Below are positions 45,958-56,589 of a DNA stretch of 64,000 nucleotides, in pieces. The stretch's first letter is position 1, and each line of letters starts with the position of its first letter. The notes below the pieces were generated by a model that was not told where the DNA came from, searched no databases, and worked only from the letters and a program-made list of their open reading frames with translations. The position numbers were made by a program, and so were the translations under genes. This DNA comes from a virus (lineage: Duplodnaviria > Caudoviricetes): positions 16,871 through 80,870 of the IMG/VR virus record IMGVR_UViG_3300014832_000004, one strand, 5' to 3'.

Positions 45958-47340
45958 ATGTCTTTCCCGCAAGGCATCGACTTCCGGGCCACGTCCGGCT
46001 ACGTCACCGACCCGGCAGACCACACCTATGAGATAGGAATTGCTGCGAATTACCCGCGCACGACTGCGCAGGGTAATAACGTCGGATGGGAAACCAGCAG
46101 CGACAGCAGAAACAGAAGCACATCACCTGATGCCCGTTTGGCCGGCATCCACCGGACGACCGGCACAACAGTAACGACGTACCGCATTGACCTGCCGGCG
46201 ACAGGCGACTACACGGTACGGCTTGCGGCGGGGGATTACTCCTACTCTGCTGGCATCAAGGTCGAGCTATTCGACACAACGACATCGCTTGGCGTTCTCG
46301 CGTCGACATCGACCACGGCTGCGGCCAGGTACAGGGACGCCACAGACGCAGAGCACACGGCCGCAAACTGGCCGGCGAACAATAACCCGGTCACAAAGAC
46401 ATTCTCGACCACGATTCTTCGGGCCAAGGTCGGCAGCACGGGCGGCGGCGGCGGGGTCATCGCTTGCTTGTATGTTGAAGCTGTTGCTGGCGGGAATACC
46501 GTCAACCCAAGCACCGGCCATGTGGTCGCAACCGGCTACCAGCCGACAGTCACACAGACAGACAACCATGCAGTAGCGCCTGCTGTCGGACACGTTGTAG
46601 CCACTGGCTACCAGCCGACCGTATCAAGCACTGACCATCACACCGTTGGCGCAAGCTCAGGTCATCTTGTTGCGACGGGCTACCAGCCGACCGTAAGCCA
46701 GTCGTCAGGTAACGTCGTCAATCCTGCGGCTGGCCATGCGCTGCTGACGGGCTACCAGCCGACTGTCACGAGGACAGCCAACCAGACGATAGCGGCGGCA
46801 ACAGGACACCTTGTCGCCAGCGGCAAGCAGCCGACCGTAGTACAGACCTCTCCGGGAACCATTTTCCCGCTAACCGGGCATGCTGTTCTGACCGGCTACC
46901 AGCCGATCATCATCAGGACCGACAACCCGGCGGCGGTTGTCGACTCTGCCGGCGCCCGCTCTGCGATGTCTCCGGCGCCGATCAGGATCCCGGTGGTCGA
47001 CAGCGCGGGGATGATGACGCAGGCGTGGAAAAAGTGGGCCACGTCAATCTACAACCGCGTTGGCGGACCGATAGCGGCGACCAACAACGAGCTATCGGAA
47101 AGCCTGCCGGAAGACGCAGGCATCGAGGAACTGAAGGCGCTGCTGTTCTCGCTCGCAGACAGCAGCGGGCAGGCCGCCCAAAGCGCGGCGCCGATTCCGC
47201 CAGATGACTGGATGCTGGCGCCAACGTCCTACGTGCAGTCGCTCGACACGGAAATTGAAACCCGTATGGCCGCGATGGCCGAAGAAATCGCGCTACTACG
47301 CACGCAGATCAACGACATGCAACAAGGACTGACGCTATGA
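45958..47340 (+). CDS. Structural protein with six ~24-aa repeats and C-terminal coiled coil (gp26 position)
   Basis: GH.V.TGYQPTV repeats; PIRIPVVD.G.MT.AW..W...RVGG. Confidence 0.6.
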   Translation: MSFPQGIDFRATSGYVTDPADHTYEIGIAANYPRTTAQGNNVGWETSSDSRNRSTSPDARLAGIHRTTGTTVTTYRIDLPATGDYTVRLAAGDYSYSAGIKVELFDTTTSLGVLASTSTTAAARYRDATDAEHTAANWPANNNPVTKTFSTTILRAKVGSTGGGGGVIACLYVEAVAGGNTVNPSTGHVVATGYQPTVTQTDNHAVAPAVGHVVATGYQPTVSSTDHHTVGASSGHLVATGYQPTVSQSSGNVVNPAAGHALLTGYQPTVTRTANQTIAAATGHLVASGKQPTVVQTSPGTIFPLTGHAVLTGYQPIIIRTDNPAAVVDSAGARSAMSPAPIRIPVVDSAGMMTQAWKKWATSIYNRVGGPIAATNNELSESLPEDAGIEELKALLFSLADSSGQAAQSAAPIPPDDWMLAPTSYVQSLDTEIETRMAAMAEEIALLRTQINDMQQGLTL

Positions 47341-47675
47341 GCATCACCGCCAAGACCCTGATCGCGGCCAAGCAGGCCGAGTCATCGCAGACCACGCAAT
47401 ACACCGTATCGGCATCGACGCGGACGATCATCGACAAATTCACCGCGACCAACACGAGCGCCGGCGCGGTCACGCTGTCGGTGAACTTGGTCACGGCAGC
47501 CGACACCGCCGGAAACCAGAACCTGATCGTGAAGACCAAGAGCCTGGCGGCCGGCGAGACATACACGTTCCCCGAGGTCGTCGGGCACGTGCTGGACGCC
47601 AGCGGGTTCATCTCGACGATTGCCGGCGCGGCGACATCGATCACCATCCGGGCGAGCGGTCGCGAGATCAACTAG
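47337..47675 (+). CDS. Conserved structural hypothetical protein
   Basis: IIDKFTATNTS..TLSVNLV; ATGA coupling. Confidence 0.6.
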   Translation: MSITAKTLIAAKQAESSQTTQYTVSASTRTIIDKFTATNTSAGAVTLSVNLVTAADTAGNQNLIVKTKSLAAGETYTFPEVVGHVLDASGFISTIAGAATSITIRASGREIN

Positions 47676-48043
47676 TGCCAGACGTTCGCCGGATCGTCTT
47701 CGATGTCATCGAGGGCCGGCTTTTCGGGATGTCGTTCGAGGATTTCGATCGGGCGATGGCCGGCTTTGAGTTTATCCCGGTCGTGGTCAGTGGCGAGGAA
47801 GTCGGGGCGATCATGCGGCGCGGTACTGAACTGCACGTCGCGGTGATGCCAAAGGCGCGCGGGAAGTGGCTTGGCCGGGCGCTTTTCAGAAGCCTGCAGG
47901 AAATGATCGAGCAGCACGGCGAAGTAACTACTGCCGTCATGGACAGCCACAAGAGCGGGCACGAGTTTGTTCGGCGGCTCGGGTTTGTCCAAACCGGCCA
48001 GTCCGATGGAGTTACGCATTACAGCAAGGGGGCATCATGCTAA
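47675..48043 (+). CDS. GNAT-like protein (P22 gp14 position)
   Basis: ELHVAVMPKARGKW..FVRRLGF. Confidence 0.65.
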   Translation: MPDVRRIVFDVIEGRLFGMSFEDFDRAMAGFEFIPVVVSGEEVGAIMRRGTELHVAVMPKARGKWLGRALFRSLQEMIEQHGEVTTAVMDSHKSGHEFVRRLGFVQTGQSDGVTHYSKGASC

Positions 48044-49233
48044 ACCAGTGGTGGGCAAGAGCAGCATCAGGGTACATGGACGCTGCGACGGCGGTAATGG
48101 GTGGCGGATCGCTGCTCGGTGGCGTCATGTCATCCGGCGCGGCCAAGGATGCGGCCAGCACGCAGGCAGACGCAGCCAACCAGGCGGCAGCGGCGCAACT
48201 GCAGGCAACGCGCGAAACGAATGCCATGCAGCAATCCATGTACGACCAGGCGCGCGCCGATCAGTCGCCATGGCGCACGGCCGGCACCGGGGCATTGTCG
48301 AAGCTCTCGCAACTGCTTGGTGTCGACACGCCGTCAAACCCCAATGCTGCCAGCAATTTACCGGCCCTGCAGCGGCAATACAATGACTCGCTGACGACCT
48401 ACAACAACCTCCTTAACAGCAGCGCTGGCGGCGGCGGCTCGCAGCTTCCGCCCGCATACCAGTCTGCCCTTGCGTCCTATGGGGCACAGCCTGCCGGGTG
48501 GGACGGGGATTACCTCACCCTGATCATGGCACAGCAGGCGCAACAGGCGAAGCAAGGGCAGGGCGGATACGGAGGCGGGCAATACAACCAGGCGGCGATC
48601 AACGCAGCCAAGGCCAACTTAGACTCGCTCAAGGCGCAGATCGACGCCATGCAGGGGCAGTCGCAGGACATGGCGCCGCGCGGCAGCGACTTCGGCTCGT
48701 TCAATCACCAGTTTGGCGCGTCCGACTTTCAGGCCGACCCCGGATACCAATTCACCAGGAAGCAAGGGGAGCTTGCGCTTGACCGGGCGAACGCATCGAA
48801 AGGGCGCTACGCATCCGGCGCCGCTCTGAAAGACCTTCTCAGCTTCAACACCGGGCTTGCAAATCAGACCTACGACAACGCCTTCAACCGCTACCAGACT
48901 GATCTAGGCAACCGCTTCGGGCGCCTGTCGTCGCTGGCCGGCATTGGCCAGGCGGCAACCAACCAGGTAAGTCAGTTGGGCGCCAACACGGCAAACAACA
49001 TCGCATCCAACACGATGTCCGGCACCGCATCGGCGAACAACTCGCTTCTTTCCGGCGCAGCGGCGCGCGCATCCGGTTACGTCGGCAGCGCCAACGCCAT
49101 CGGAGGCGGCATCGGCAACGCTTCGAGCATGTACATGATGAGCAAGCTCCCGATGTTCAACACGGCGAGCGGCGGCGGTAGCCCATACGGCAATTCGTAT
49201 AGCGGATTCGACAACCCGGCCAACTACGGATAA
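48037..49233 (+). CDS. Ejection/DNA transfer protein (P22 gp7-like)
   Basis: DPGYQF..G..ALDR..ASKG..SGAALK; Gly/Ala/Gln-rich. Confidence 0.7.
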   Translation: MLNQWWARAASGYMDAATAVMGGGSLLGGVMSSGAAKDAASTQADAANQAAAAQLQATRETNAMQQSMYDQARADQSPWRTAGTGALSKLSQLLGVDTPSNPNAASNLPALQRQYNDSLTTYNNLLNSSAGGGGSQLPPAYQSALASYGAQPAGWDGDYLTLIMAQQAQQAKQGQGGYGGGQYNQAAINAAKANLDSLKAQIDAMQGQSQDMAPRGSDFGSFNHQFGASDFQADPGYQFTRKQGELALDRANASKGRYASGAALKDLLSFNTGLANQTYDNAFNRYQTDLGNRFGRLSSLAGIGQAATNQVSQLGANTANNIASNTMSGTASANNSLLSGAAARASGYVGSANAIGGGIGNASSMYMMSKLPMFNTASGGGSPYGNSYSGFDNPANYG

Positions 49234-49237
49234 GACG

Positions 49238-50617
49238 ATGCCACTAGATCCCGCAATCTCCCTTGGCGCCAAGGCGCCGAGCATGGCCGAGTCGATGCAG
49301 CCTATCGCGTCCATGCTGTCGATGAACGGCGCCATGCAGCAGCAGCAAATGCAACAGGCGGCGCTGCAAAACTATCGGCAGCAGCAGGCCGATAGCAACG
49401 CTCTGCGCTCGGTATTTTCGAATCAGGAGAACTTTAACGACGGCCGACCAAATATCGACCGGATCACGCCCGAGCTTTTCAAAGCGGCTCCGAACAGTGC
49501 CAGCGGCGTGCTCGACCAGTTGCAGAAGGGCCAGACGCACGGCGTTGAACTGCAGCAAAAGCAGTTTGACTTGGCAAAAGCCCGGATCGGCGCCATGCAC
49601 GGCGCGCTGTCTGCTCTGGCGCAGAAGCCAGACCTGAACCAGACCGACGTGATTTCAGTCGCCAGGCAGCTTGTCGATGCGCAGATGGCCGACCCGAAAG
49701 GCATCGCCACGGCGCTGCAGACGATGCCAGCCGATCCGAACGGGCTGCGCCAGTGGATCAATCAAGGGCTGATGTCTGTACAGACGGCAAAGGACCAGTT
49801 GGAGGCGACCACTCCAAAGGTGCAGATGCAGGATACCGGCGGCCAGATCGTACCTTATAACACCAACCCGCGAGCGGGATCCGTCGGGCCGGTTGCCGGC
49901 GGCGGAGCGCTGTCCAAGCAGATGACTCCAGAGCAGCAATTCGCGGCCACAAAGCCCGAGTGGAAGGACGGCGCATGGGTCGCGCCACCTGCCGCTGGCG
50001 CCGTTGCTCCGGGGGGGGCGTTCACCCCTCAGGGAATGGCCCCGCCGAAAGGGTCGCAGGCCGAGAAGGCGCAGAAGGCTGGGGCTATCCTGCCGATGCT
50101 GGACGACGCGGAAGCGCTGCTGAAAAAGGCGACCGGGAGCTATTCTGGTGCTGGCTATGATCTGGTTGCGCGCACCTTTGGGATGACCACTGAAGGCAGT
50201 CGATCGATTGCCCAACTAAAGGCGCTCGAAGGCGCGCTGATGATGCAAATGCCGAGGATGGAGGGGCCGCAGTCGGATCGTGATGTGGCCATGTACAAGG
50301 CATCCGCAGGAAACCTTGGTGACCCGACCATCCCCGCCGAACAGAAGCTCGACGCGATCAAGACCATCCGGCAGATTCAAGAGCGGTACGCGGGCGGGGC
50401 GTCGCCAGGCGGCTCGCCTATGGCGCGAAAGGGATCGGGGGCTTCTGGAAGCTGGGGCGGCGCGCAAAACAACAGTATGGAAGTCAAGAGCCTGAATGAC
50501 GGCGGATCGTTCCTGGAGGTCGATGGCGCCAAATATCCGGTTGTGGCGCGCAACGCAGATGGGTCGATCACCGTCAAAGACTCGAAGACCGGCCGCACCG
50601 GAACCGTGAGGCCCTGA
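49238..50617 (+). CDS. Ejection protein (gp20 position)
   Basis: MPLDPAISL, Q-rich; operon order. Confidence 0.6.
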   Translation: MPLDPAISLGAKAPSMAESMQPIASMLSMNGAMQQQQMQQAALQNYRQQQADSNALRSVFSNQENFNDGRPNIDRITPELFKAAPNSASGVLDQLQKGQTHGVELQQKQFDLAKARIGAMHGALSALAQKPDLNQTDVISVARQLVDAQMADPKGIATALQTMPADPNGLRQWINQGLMSVQTAKDQLEATTPKVQMQDTGGQIVPYNTNPRAGSVGPVAGGGALSKQMTPEQQFAATKPEWKDGAWVAPPAAGAVAPGGAFTPQGMAPPKGSQAEKAQKAGAILPMLDDAEALLKKATGSYSGAGYDLVARTFGMTTEGSRSIAQLKALEGALMMQMPRMEGPQSDRDVAMYKASAGNLGDPTIPAEQKLDAIKTIRQIQERYAGGASPGGSPMARKGSGASGSWGGAQNNSMEVKSLNDGGSFLEVDGAKYPVVARNADGSITVKDSKTGRTGTVRP

Positions 50618-50619
50618 CC

Positions 50620-53133
50620 ATGGCCACCATCGAATGGAGTGCTCCGGCTGGAATCGACGACGGCACCCTGGACGCTGTTCGCCGCGTAGAGAGCGGCGGG
50701 AACCCAAACGCCGTTTCCCCGGCTGGCGCAGTCGGAGCCTATCAGTTCATGCCCAAAACGGCGGCGCAGTTCGGCATCGATCCGAGAGACGAGAGGCAGA
50801 GCCGGATAGCCGCCGGCAAATACCTGTCGCAGTTGCAAGACCAGTTCGGCGGCGACCGCAATCTTGCGCTGCTGGCTTACAACTGGGGGCCGGGCAATGT
50901 CGACGCCTGGATGCGTACCGGAAAAGGCGCTAAGGGGCAAGAAATGCCGCCACAGGCGCAACAGTATGCAGACCGAGTGAACCGGGCGCGAGACATGGCG
51001 GCGGCGCCGCAGCCGTCTTTTCTAGCGCGCATGGGCGATGCTGCAGCAACTGCGATCAGCGGGACCGCGCAGGCGGCAGAGTCGCCAAGGAGGGCACCTA
51101 CGATCACATGGGACGATGCGCCAGGCGCCAGCCAGCCGGCGCCCACATCGCTGCGCGACCGATCAACGCTGAAGATAAACCCCACCGCAGCCATCGGCAT
51201 CGACACCACTTTCGACACCGGCGTGCCGCTGTCTGGGGGCGTGAACGACAAACTATCGCGCATCGGCAAGGGTATGATGGACGTTGGCCAGGGGCTGAAT
51301 CAATTATGGCTGATGGGCACCGGCAGGCCAGGCGAGGCGCAGGCATACACCGATCAGGTGAGGGCCGAGAATGACAGGTATGAGGCATCGCGAAAGCTAG
51401 ACACCGGCAGTCAGAACCCAGGTGTTGACTGGATGCGCATCGGTGGCAATATCGCGGCGACTTCTCCGGCCATTCTGATCCCCGGCGGCAACTCGGCGAC
51501 GCTCGGCACCAGGGCTCTTTCCGGTGGCGTGGGCGGCGCTCTGGCGGGGGCCTCGATGTTCTCCGACCAGGCCACGCCAGCAGCGAAAACAGGACAGGCG
51601 GCGATTGGAGGATTGCTTGGATCTGCGGCTCCGGTGGCGCTCAGCAAGATGGTCGACATCGGTTCTGGCCTGCTGAACAAGGGCAACGTGGTAACGACCA
51701 GGGCTGGCCAGGTTTTGTCTGGCGCTTCTAGCCCCGCACAGGTGAACCTGACAATCCAGCAGACGCTTGGCGCCAGAGGGATTGATTTCTCAAGGCTCTC
51801 TGCAGAGGCGCAGGCAGCGCTGTCGGATGATGTTCGGGCGACGCTGCGAGCAGGGGCTGCCGTTTCCGCCGATGATATCGAACGTAAGGCCGCGATGCTC
51901 GCATTCGACCTGCGGCCTACGGCGGCGCAGGTGACGAGGGACCCGAAACGGTGGGCGTTCGAGCGCAACACCGCAGACATCGAAGGGGCCGGCGACCGGC
52001 TGAAAGCGAGGTTCGTGCAACAAAACCAGCAGCTTTACGGCGCGGCAGAAAAGATCAAGGGCGCTACTGGCGGCGTTTCGCCAGACGCTCATGAAGCGTC
52101 TGGCACCGCGCTGTCGTCGCTGCTCAAGATGGACGCTGGTAAACGGGCGGCGGTAGATTCTGCCTACGATGCTGCGCGTAACGAGGCGGGGCGATATGTG
52201 GCTCTTGATCACGTCGCTTTCGTCAAGCAAGCCAATGACGCGCTGGACGCCGGCATGCTTGGGCATTACCTGCCGGAGCAGGTGAAAAACATCCTGAACG
52301 ACGTTGCAACCGGGAAAACGCCGCTTAATGTCAACGTGGCCGCGCAAATTGACACCGTTCTGTCTGCTGCGCAGCGCGGGGCCATGCCGGCAGAACAGAA
52401 GGCCATCGGAGTGGTGCGTACTGCGCTTGCCGACGCTCCCGCTGCCGACGCCATGGGCGACGCTGCCAGAGCCGCTTTCGATTCAGCTCGCGGCATGGCC
52501 CGGCAGCGATTTGCGCAGATCGAAAACACCCCCTCCCTGAAAGCCGCTCTCGACGGGGCGGCGCCCGATCAGTTCTTCGGGAAGTTCGTTTTGCGCGGCA
52601 ACGCCAGCGACCTGCAGGCGCTGAAGCAATCCCTGTCTTCCGACCCGCAGGCATGGAACAACCTGCGTGGCCAAACGGTGGAATGGCTGACCGATAGGGC
52701 GACGCTTGGCAAGGGTGCTGACGGCGTGTTTTCTGGCGCGCAACTACGCAAGGCAATGGCCACGCTTGGTGATCAGCGAATGCGAGTGCTGTTCTCGCCG
52801 GAAGAGTTTGCCAACCTGAAAACGCTATCTAAGGCGGCTAGCGCAGCAACCGAAACGCCGGCTTTCACCAGGGCCGGAGTCGGCTCGAACACGGCAGAAA
52901 AGCTTTCAAACCTGCTCTCGAAGGGCGCTAACCTGCCGTATCTGCGAGAGTTGGTCGTCAAGCCGCTGCAATCTACGGCGAGAGACATCCAGGTAAGCAG
53001 TTCGCTTGCCGGCAGGACTCCGGCTCCGTCAGTCCCACCACTTGTGGGTGAGGACGCGAAGAACGCGCTGGCCAGCCGTCTCGGCCGGTCCAGCGTGCCG
53101 CTGTCGGTACTCGTCCAGGGCCTTGCACACTGA
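50620..53133 (+). CDS. Ejection protein with SLT domain (gp16 position)
   Basis: VESGGNPNAVSPAGAVGAYQFMP..LAYNWGPGNV. Confidence 0.75.
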   Translation: MATIEWSAPAGIDDGTLDAVRRVESGGNPNAVSPAGAVGAYQFMPKTAAQFGIDPRDERQSRIAAGKYLSQLQDQFGGDRNLALLAYNWGPGNVDAWMRTGKGAKGQEMPPQAQQYADRVNRARDMAAAPQPSFLARMGDAAATAISGTAQAAESPRRAPTITWDDAPGASQPAPTSLRDRSTLKINPTAAIGIDTTFDTGVPLSGGVNDKLSRIGKGMMDVGQGLNQLWLMGTGRPGEAQAYTDQVRAENDRYEASRKLDTGSQNPGVDWMRIGGNIAATSPAILIPGGNSATLGTRALSGGVGGALAGASMFSDQATPAAKTGQAAIGGLLGSAAPVALSKMVDIGSGLLNKGNVVTTRAGQVLSGASSPAQVNLTIQQTLGARGIDFSRLSAEAQAALSDDVRATLRAGAAVSADDIERKAAMLAFDLRPTAAQVTRDPKRWAFERNTADIEGAGDRLKARFVQQNQQLYGAAEKIKGATGGVSPDAHEASGTALSSLLKMDAGKRAAVDSAYDAARNEAGRYVALDHVAFVKQANDALDAGMLGHYLPEQVKNILNDVATGKTPLNVNVAAQIDTVLSAAQRGAMPAEQKAIGVVRTALADAPAADAMGDAARAAFDSARGMARQRFAQIENTPSLKAALDGAAPDQFFGKFVLRGNASDLQALKQSLSSDPQAWNNLRGQTVEWLTDRATLGKGADGVFSGAQLRKAMATLGDQRMRVLFSPEEFANLKTLSKAASAATETPAFTRAGVGSNTAEKLSNLLSKGANLPYLRELVVKPLQSTARDIQVSSSLAGRTPAPSVPPLVGEDAKNALASRLGRSSVPLSVLVQGLAH

Positions 53134-53211
53134 CCGCGCCAGCCAGCGCAGAAACTCCCAATAGAGCGGCGCGAGAATAGCCGCAATCCACGCATCTTTA
53201 TGCATCGCAAG

Positions 53212-53239
53212 AGCCCGCCGAAAGCGGGCTTTTTCTTTT
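53212..53239 (+). terminator. Intrinsic terminator
   Basis: AGCCCGC-CGAAA-GCGGGCT then T-rich tail. Confidence 0.8.
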
Positions 53240-53252
53240 CAGGATCTGCATT

Positions 53253-55454
53253 ATGGCTACGATTCTACCGACCGGTAAACAAAGTTTCATCAGCAACTCA
53301 GGGGCACCCCTTGCCGGCGGGAAGCTCTACACCTATGCGGCCGGTACGAGCACGCCGAAGCGCACCTATGCTGACGCCGGGGCCACGACCCCAAACGCCA
53401 ACCCGATCATCCTGGACTCGCGCGGCGAGGCAGCCGTGTTCTGGTCTGGCGCCTACAAGGCAACGCTCAAGGACGCAAACGACTCGCTGATCTGGACCGT
53501 CGACAACATCCGCGACCAGGCATTCCCAGGCGTCAGCGCGGCCGACTTTGGCGCCACGGGCGACGGGACGACGGACGACACGGCGGCGTTTCAGGCGTTC
53601 CTGAACCACGGTGGGGATCTCTACGTCGGTCCAGGAACCTACAAGATCAGCGGCGCGGGGGTGACAGGGGTAGCGAATACGTCGCTGAACTTCGCGCCTG
53701 GGGTGGTCTTCGACTTTCGCACGGCGGTTACTCCGGGCCTGCCAAACTCGCCATGGTCGAATACCGCATTCGGGCTCTCGTTTCATGGGTCGATCGGTTC
53801 TGCTGTACTGCTGACTGCCAACGCCCTTGCCGACCAGAATACGGCCGTAGTTGCAGACGCGTCCGGGTTCGCGGTCGATGACTGGATCGTCATTCAATCA
53901 AGCGCGCTGTTCGAGACGGACACCAATACAAAAATAGGCGAGTTCAAGCAGATCATCGGCATTGCCGGCAACACGCTGACGTTTGCCGAGAACCTGTACC
54001 TGACCTACAACACGTCGGATACGGCCAAGGTCAAGAAGATGTCGTTCTGTGAAAACATCAGGATTCGTGGCAATGCCACCTTCCTTGGTAACTACGCTGG
54101 CACCAGGTCGCAGGCGGCGATCCTGTTCCAGTATTGCCGAAACTTTGTAGTTGAGGACATCACGACGCTGAAGACCGATTATGTCGGCATCCAGACCTAC
54201 AAATGCCTGGACGGGGCGTTCACCAGGGTTCGGTGCATCAAGGACAGCTATACCGGCGGGAACATCGGCATTGCGCACGTTTACGGCAGCTCGAACATGG
54301 CGCACACCGATTGCGTCGGGTATGACTTGTGCCATTTCATCGACGTTTCCGGCGACACGTCAAACGGCGGAATTTCGATGAACATCATCGCGCGCGGGTG
54401 CCGGACGTACCAGATGGGAGGGGCGTCGTTCAACACGCACCCAGGCGCCGGCGGAGTGGTCGATTTCTCGCACAACATCGTGCAGATGAAGAACGGTCTG
54501 ACGAGCGCCACGCCTACCGGCATGGTGGCGATTCGCTGTCAGGCGCCACAGTTTATCGCCGTAGGAAATTATTGCTACAACGTGACCGGACACGGAATAT
54601 TCCACCAGATAGAAACCACGCAGCCAGTACAGCGAGAGACAACCATCATCGGCAACAAGATGTTCGCGTCACCAACAAACCAGACGGACTTCCCCGGCAA
54701 TATCGGCGTTGTCGTACAGGGCTACGTATCCGCAGGGGATGTCGGAGGGGTAGTCATCCAGGGCAACGAGGCGTATGGATTCCTCTCCGGGATCTCGGTC
54801 TATGGCAACGTAATGAATTTGTACCGGTGCAACATATCGGCCAACATCTATGACTGCCTTGCATCAGCGAGCAATTATGGTATCTACGTGCGGACGTTCA
54901 CCGGATACGTGGTCAGCGGGCTAACGATCAATGGAAACAACATCAAAGCCACCGGTGCCGGGCAGGGAATCTACCTGCAAGGCGTCGACGTCGGGTCCAT
55001 TAACACGGTGTCGATGGCCGGTAACGTCGTCGACGGATCGACCTACGCGATACGCATGAACAACTGCGACAACGTGCTCGAAACAAGCACCGCAATCAAG
55101 AACGTCACGACAAAATACTATTTGCCGGGTAGCACCAACGTGACCCTTGACCGTCGCAACACACCTGCAGCGTCACTTACCACGGCCGGCACTTACACAG
55201 TCCAGCCGCACGACGAATTCATGTCTGCAAACTACGCCGGAACGACCGTTATCGCTCTGCCGACCGCAAGCGCATGGACGGCACGAGAACTGCGATTTGG
55301 GACAAGGCAAGCACAACTGACCATATCGAATGCATCGAACGTCGTGCCGATCACCGGCGGCGCGGCCGGCACGGCGATTCTGCCGGCGACCGCTGGCGCA
55401 TGGGCGGTTCTCAAGTCGGACGGGACCAACTGGAATGTTGTGCAGAAAGGGTAG
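53253..55454 (+). CDS. Tail spike, beta-helix depolymerase
   Basis: PLAGGKLYTY head-binding region; ADFGATGDGTTDDTAAF; repeated IxGN rungs. Confidence 0.85.
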   Translation: MATILPTGKQSFISNSGAPLAGGKLYTYAAGTSTPKRTYADAGATTPNANPIILDSRGEAAVFWSGAYKATLKDANDSLIWTVDNIRDQAFPGVSAADFGATGDGTTDDTAAFQAFLNHGGDLYVGPGTYKISGAGVTGVANTSLNFAPGVVFDFRTAVTPGLPNSPWSNTAFGLSFHGSIGSAVLLTANALADQNTAVVADASGFAVDDWIVIQSSALFETDTNTKIGEFKQIIGIAGNTLTFAENLYLTYNTSDTAKVKKMSFCENIRIRGNATFLGNYAGTRSQAAILFQYCRNFVVEDITTLKTDYVGIQTYKCLDGAFTRVRCIKDSYTGGNIGIAHVYGSSNMAHTDCVGYDLCHFIDVSGDTSNGGISMNIIARGCRTYQMGGASFNTHPGAGGVVDFSHNIVQMKNGLTSATPTGMVAIRCQAPQFIAVGNYCYNVTGHGIFHQIETTQPVQRETTIIGNKMFASPTNQTDFPGNIGVVVQGYVSAGDVGGVVIQGNEAYGFLSGISVYGNVMNLYRCNISANIYDCLASASNYGIYVRTFTGYVVSGLTINGNNIKATGAGQGIYLQGVDVGSINTVSMAGNVVDGSTYAIRMNNCDNVLETSTAIKNVTTKYYLPGSTNVTLDRRNTPAASLTTAGTYTVQPHDEFMSANYAGTTVIALPTASAWTARELRFGTRQAQLTISNASNVVPITGGAAGTAILPATAGAWAVLKSDGTNWNVVQKG

Positions 55455-55457
55455 CGC

Positions 55458-55841
55458 GTGCCAATACTCTCCAATCCGTCCGGCGACTCTGCCGCCGCCG
55501 CCGTTGCCTCTGCAGGTCTCGCGCTGTTCGGCGTCAATACAGGTCTCGATCCGGTACTGCTGATTGCGGGCCTAGCCGGAGCGCTGATGGAACTGTCCTA
55601 TGGTGAGCCGCGACCGGCGTGGAGAAGGCTTACTGGCGTCGTGTCTGCGGCGCTCCTGGCAGGGTACGTGACGCCCGCCGCTATGGCCATAGGACACGTC
55701 AAGAGCCTTCTCCCGGAAGGCATCACCGAAGATGCGATGATGCCAGCCGCTGCGGCGTCAATCGGCTTTCTGTCCTATCGCGTGATCGGTCCGGCGATTC
55801 TGAGAGTGGCCAACAAGTTCTCACTGGAGCAGACAAAATAA
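55458..55841 (+). CDS. Probable holin
   Basis: Multiple TM helices; lysis cassette. Confidence 0.6.
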   Translation: MPILSNPSGDSAAAAVASAGLALFGVNTGLDPVLLIAGLAGALMELSYGEPRPAWRRLTGVVSAALLAGYVTPAAMAIGHVKSLLPEGITEDAMMPAAAASIGFLSYRVIGPAILRVANKFSLEQTK

Positions 55842-56179
55842 TGGAAGGCTTCGCCGCCCGCACAGCCTGCCTGCTGGCCTCGATGGTTATCGCCATCCTC
55901 GCCGAGCGGAGGTTAAACCTGATGTCTGCCCGCGCAGGGGATGGTGTTCGTATAGCATTTCTGGTGCTGGCAGTCGGAAGCATTTGGCAGATCCTAGACT
56001 TGCTTTCCGGAGACGCGCCTTTATGGTCTGCAGTCGCGGTGCGGATCGGAATCGCTCTGCTGATGATCGAGGACTGGCGGCGCCACAGGGAGATTGGTCG
56101 AGATCATGGCGTCATCTATGGCAGGCGGGCATCCGACGCTCACGGAATGCCGATCCAGATGGCCGAGACTGAGGGCTGA
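55841..56179 (+). CDS. Membrane protein of lysis cassette
   Basis: Three hydrophobic segments; TAATG coupling. Confidence 0.55.
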   Translation: MEGFAARTACLLASMVIAILAERRLNLMSARAGDGVRIAFLVLAVGSIWQILDLLSGDAPLWSAVAVRIGIALLMIEDWRRHREIGRDHGVIYGRRASDAHGMPIQMAETEG

Positions 56180-56181
56180 CC

Positions 56182-56589
56182 ATGGACCTCGTGGTGCTTC
56201 GTTCGGAGCTTGTCCGAGACGAGGGAGTTCGGCTTTTTCCATACCGAGACACGGCCGGGAATATCACGATAGGCATCGGTCGCAACCTGTCCAGCGTTGG
56301 CGTCTCGTCAGCCGAAGTACAAGCCATGTGGCTGGCCGATGTCGATCGCGCCACCGCGGGTCTTGACCGGGCGCTTCCATGGTGGCGAACGCTGTCCGAA
56401 GATCGCCAGCGCGTGCTGGTGAACATGGCGTTCAACATGGGGGTTCCGAAGCTGCTTACTTTCAAGCGCATGCTGGCGGCTGTGAAGGATGGTCAGTACC
56501 AGGCCGCGGCGGACGAAATGATCGACTCGGAGTGGTCGAAGCAGGTCGTTGGGCGTGCTACCCGGCTGGCGAAGATAATGGCGGGGTAG
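56182..56589 (+). CDS. Endolysin, T4-lysozyme-like (GH24)
   Basis: RDEG.RL.PYRDT.G..TIGIGRNL; LVNMAFNMG; RA.RL. Confidence 0.9.
   Translation: MDLVVLRSELVRDEGVRLFPYRDTAGNITIGIGRNLSSVGVSSAEVQAMWLADVDRATAGLDRALPWWRTLSEDRQRVLVNMAFNMGVPKLLTFKRMLAAVKDGQYQAAADEMIDSEWSKQVVGRATRLAKIMAG

Noticed and set aside
50011-50018. G8 tract (and G7 at 45515) as phase-variation sites
   Set aside because: Both reading frames are intact and such runs are unremarkable at this GC content
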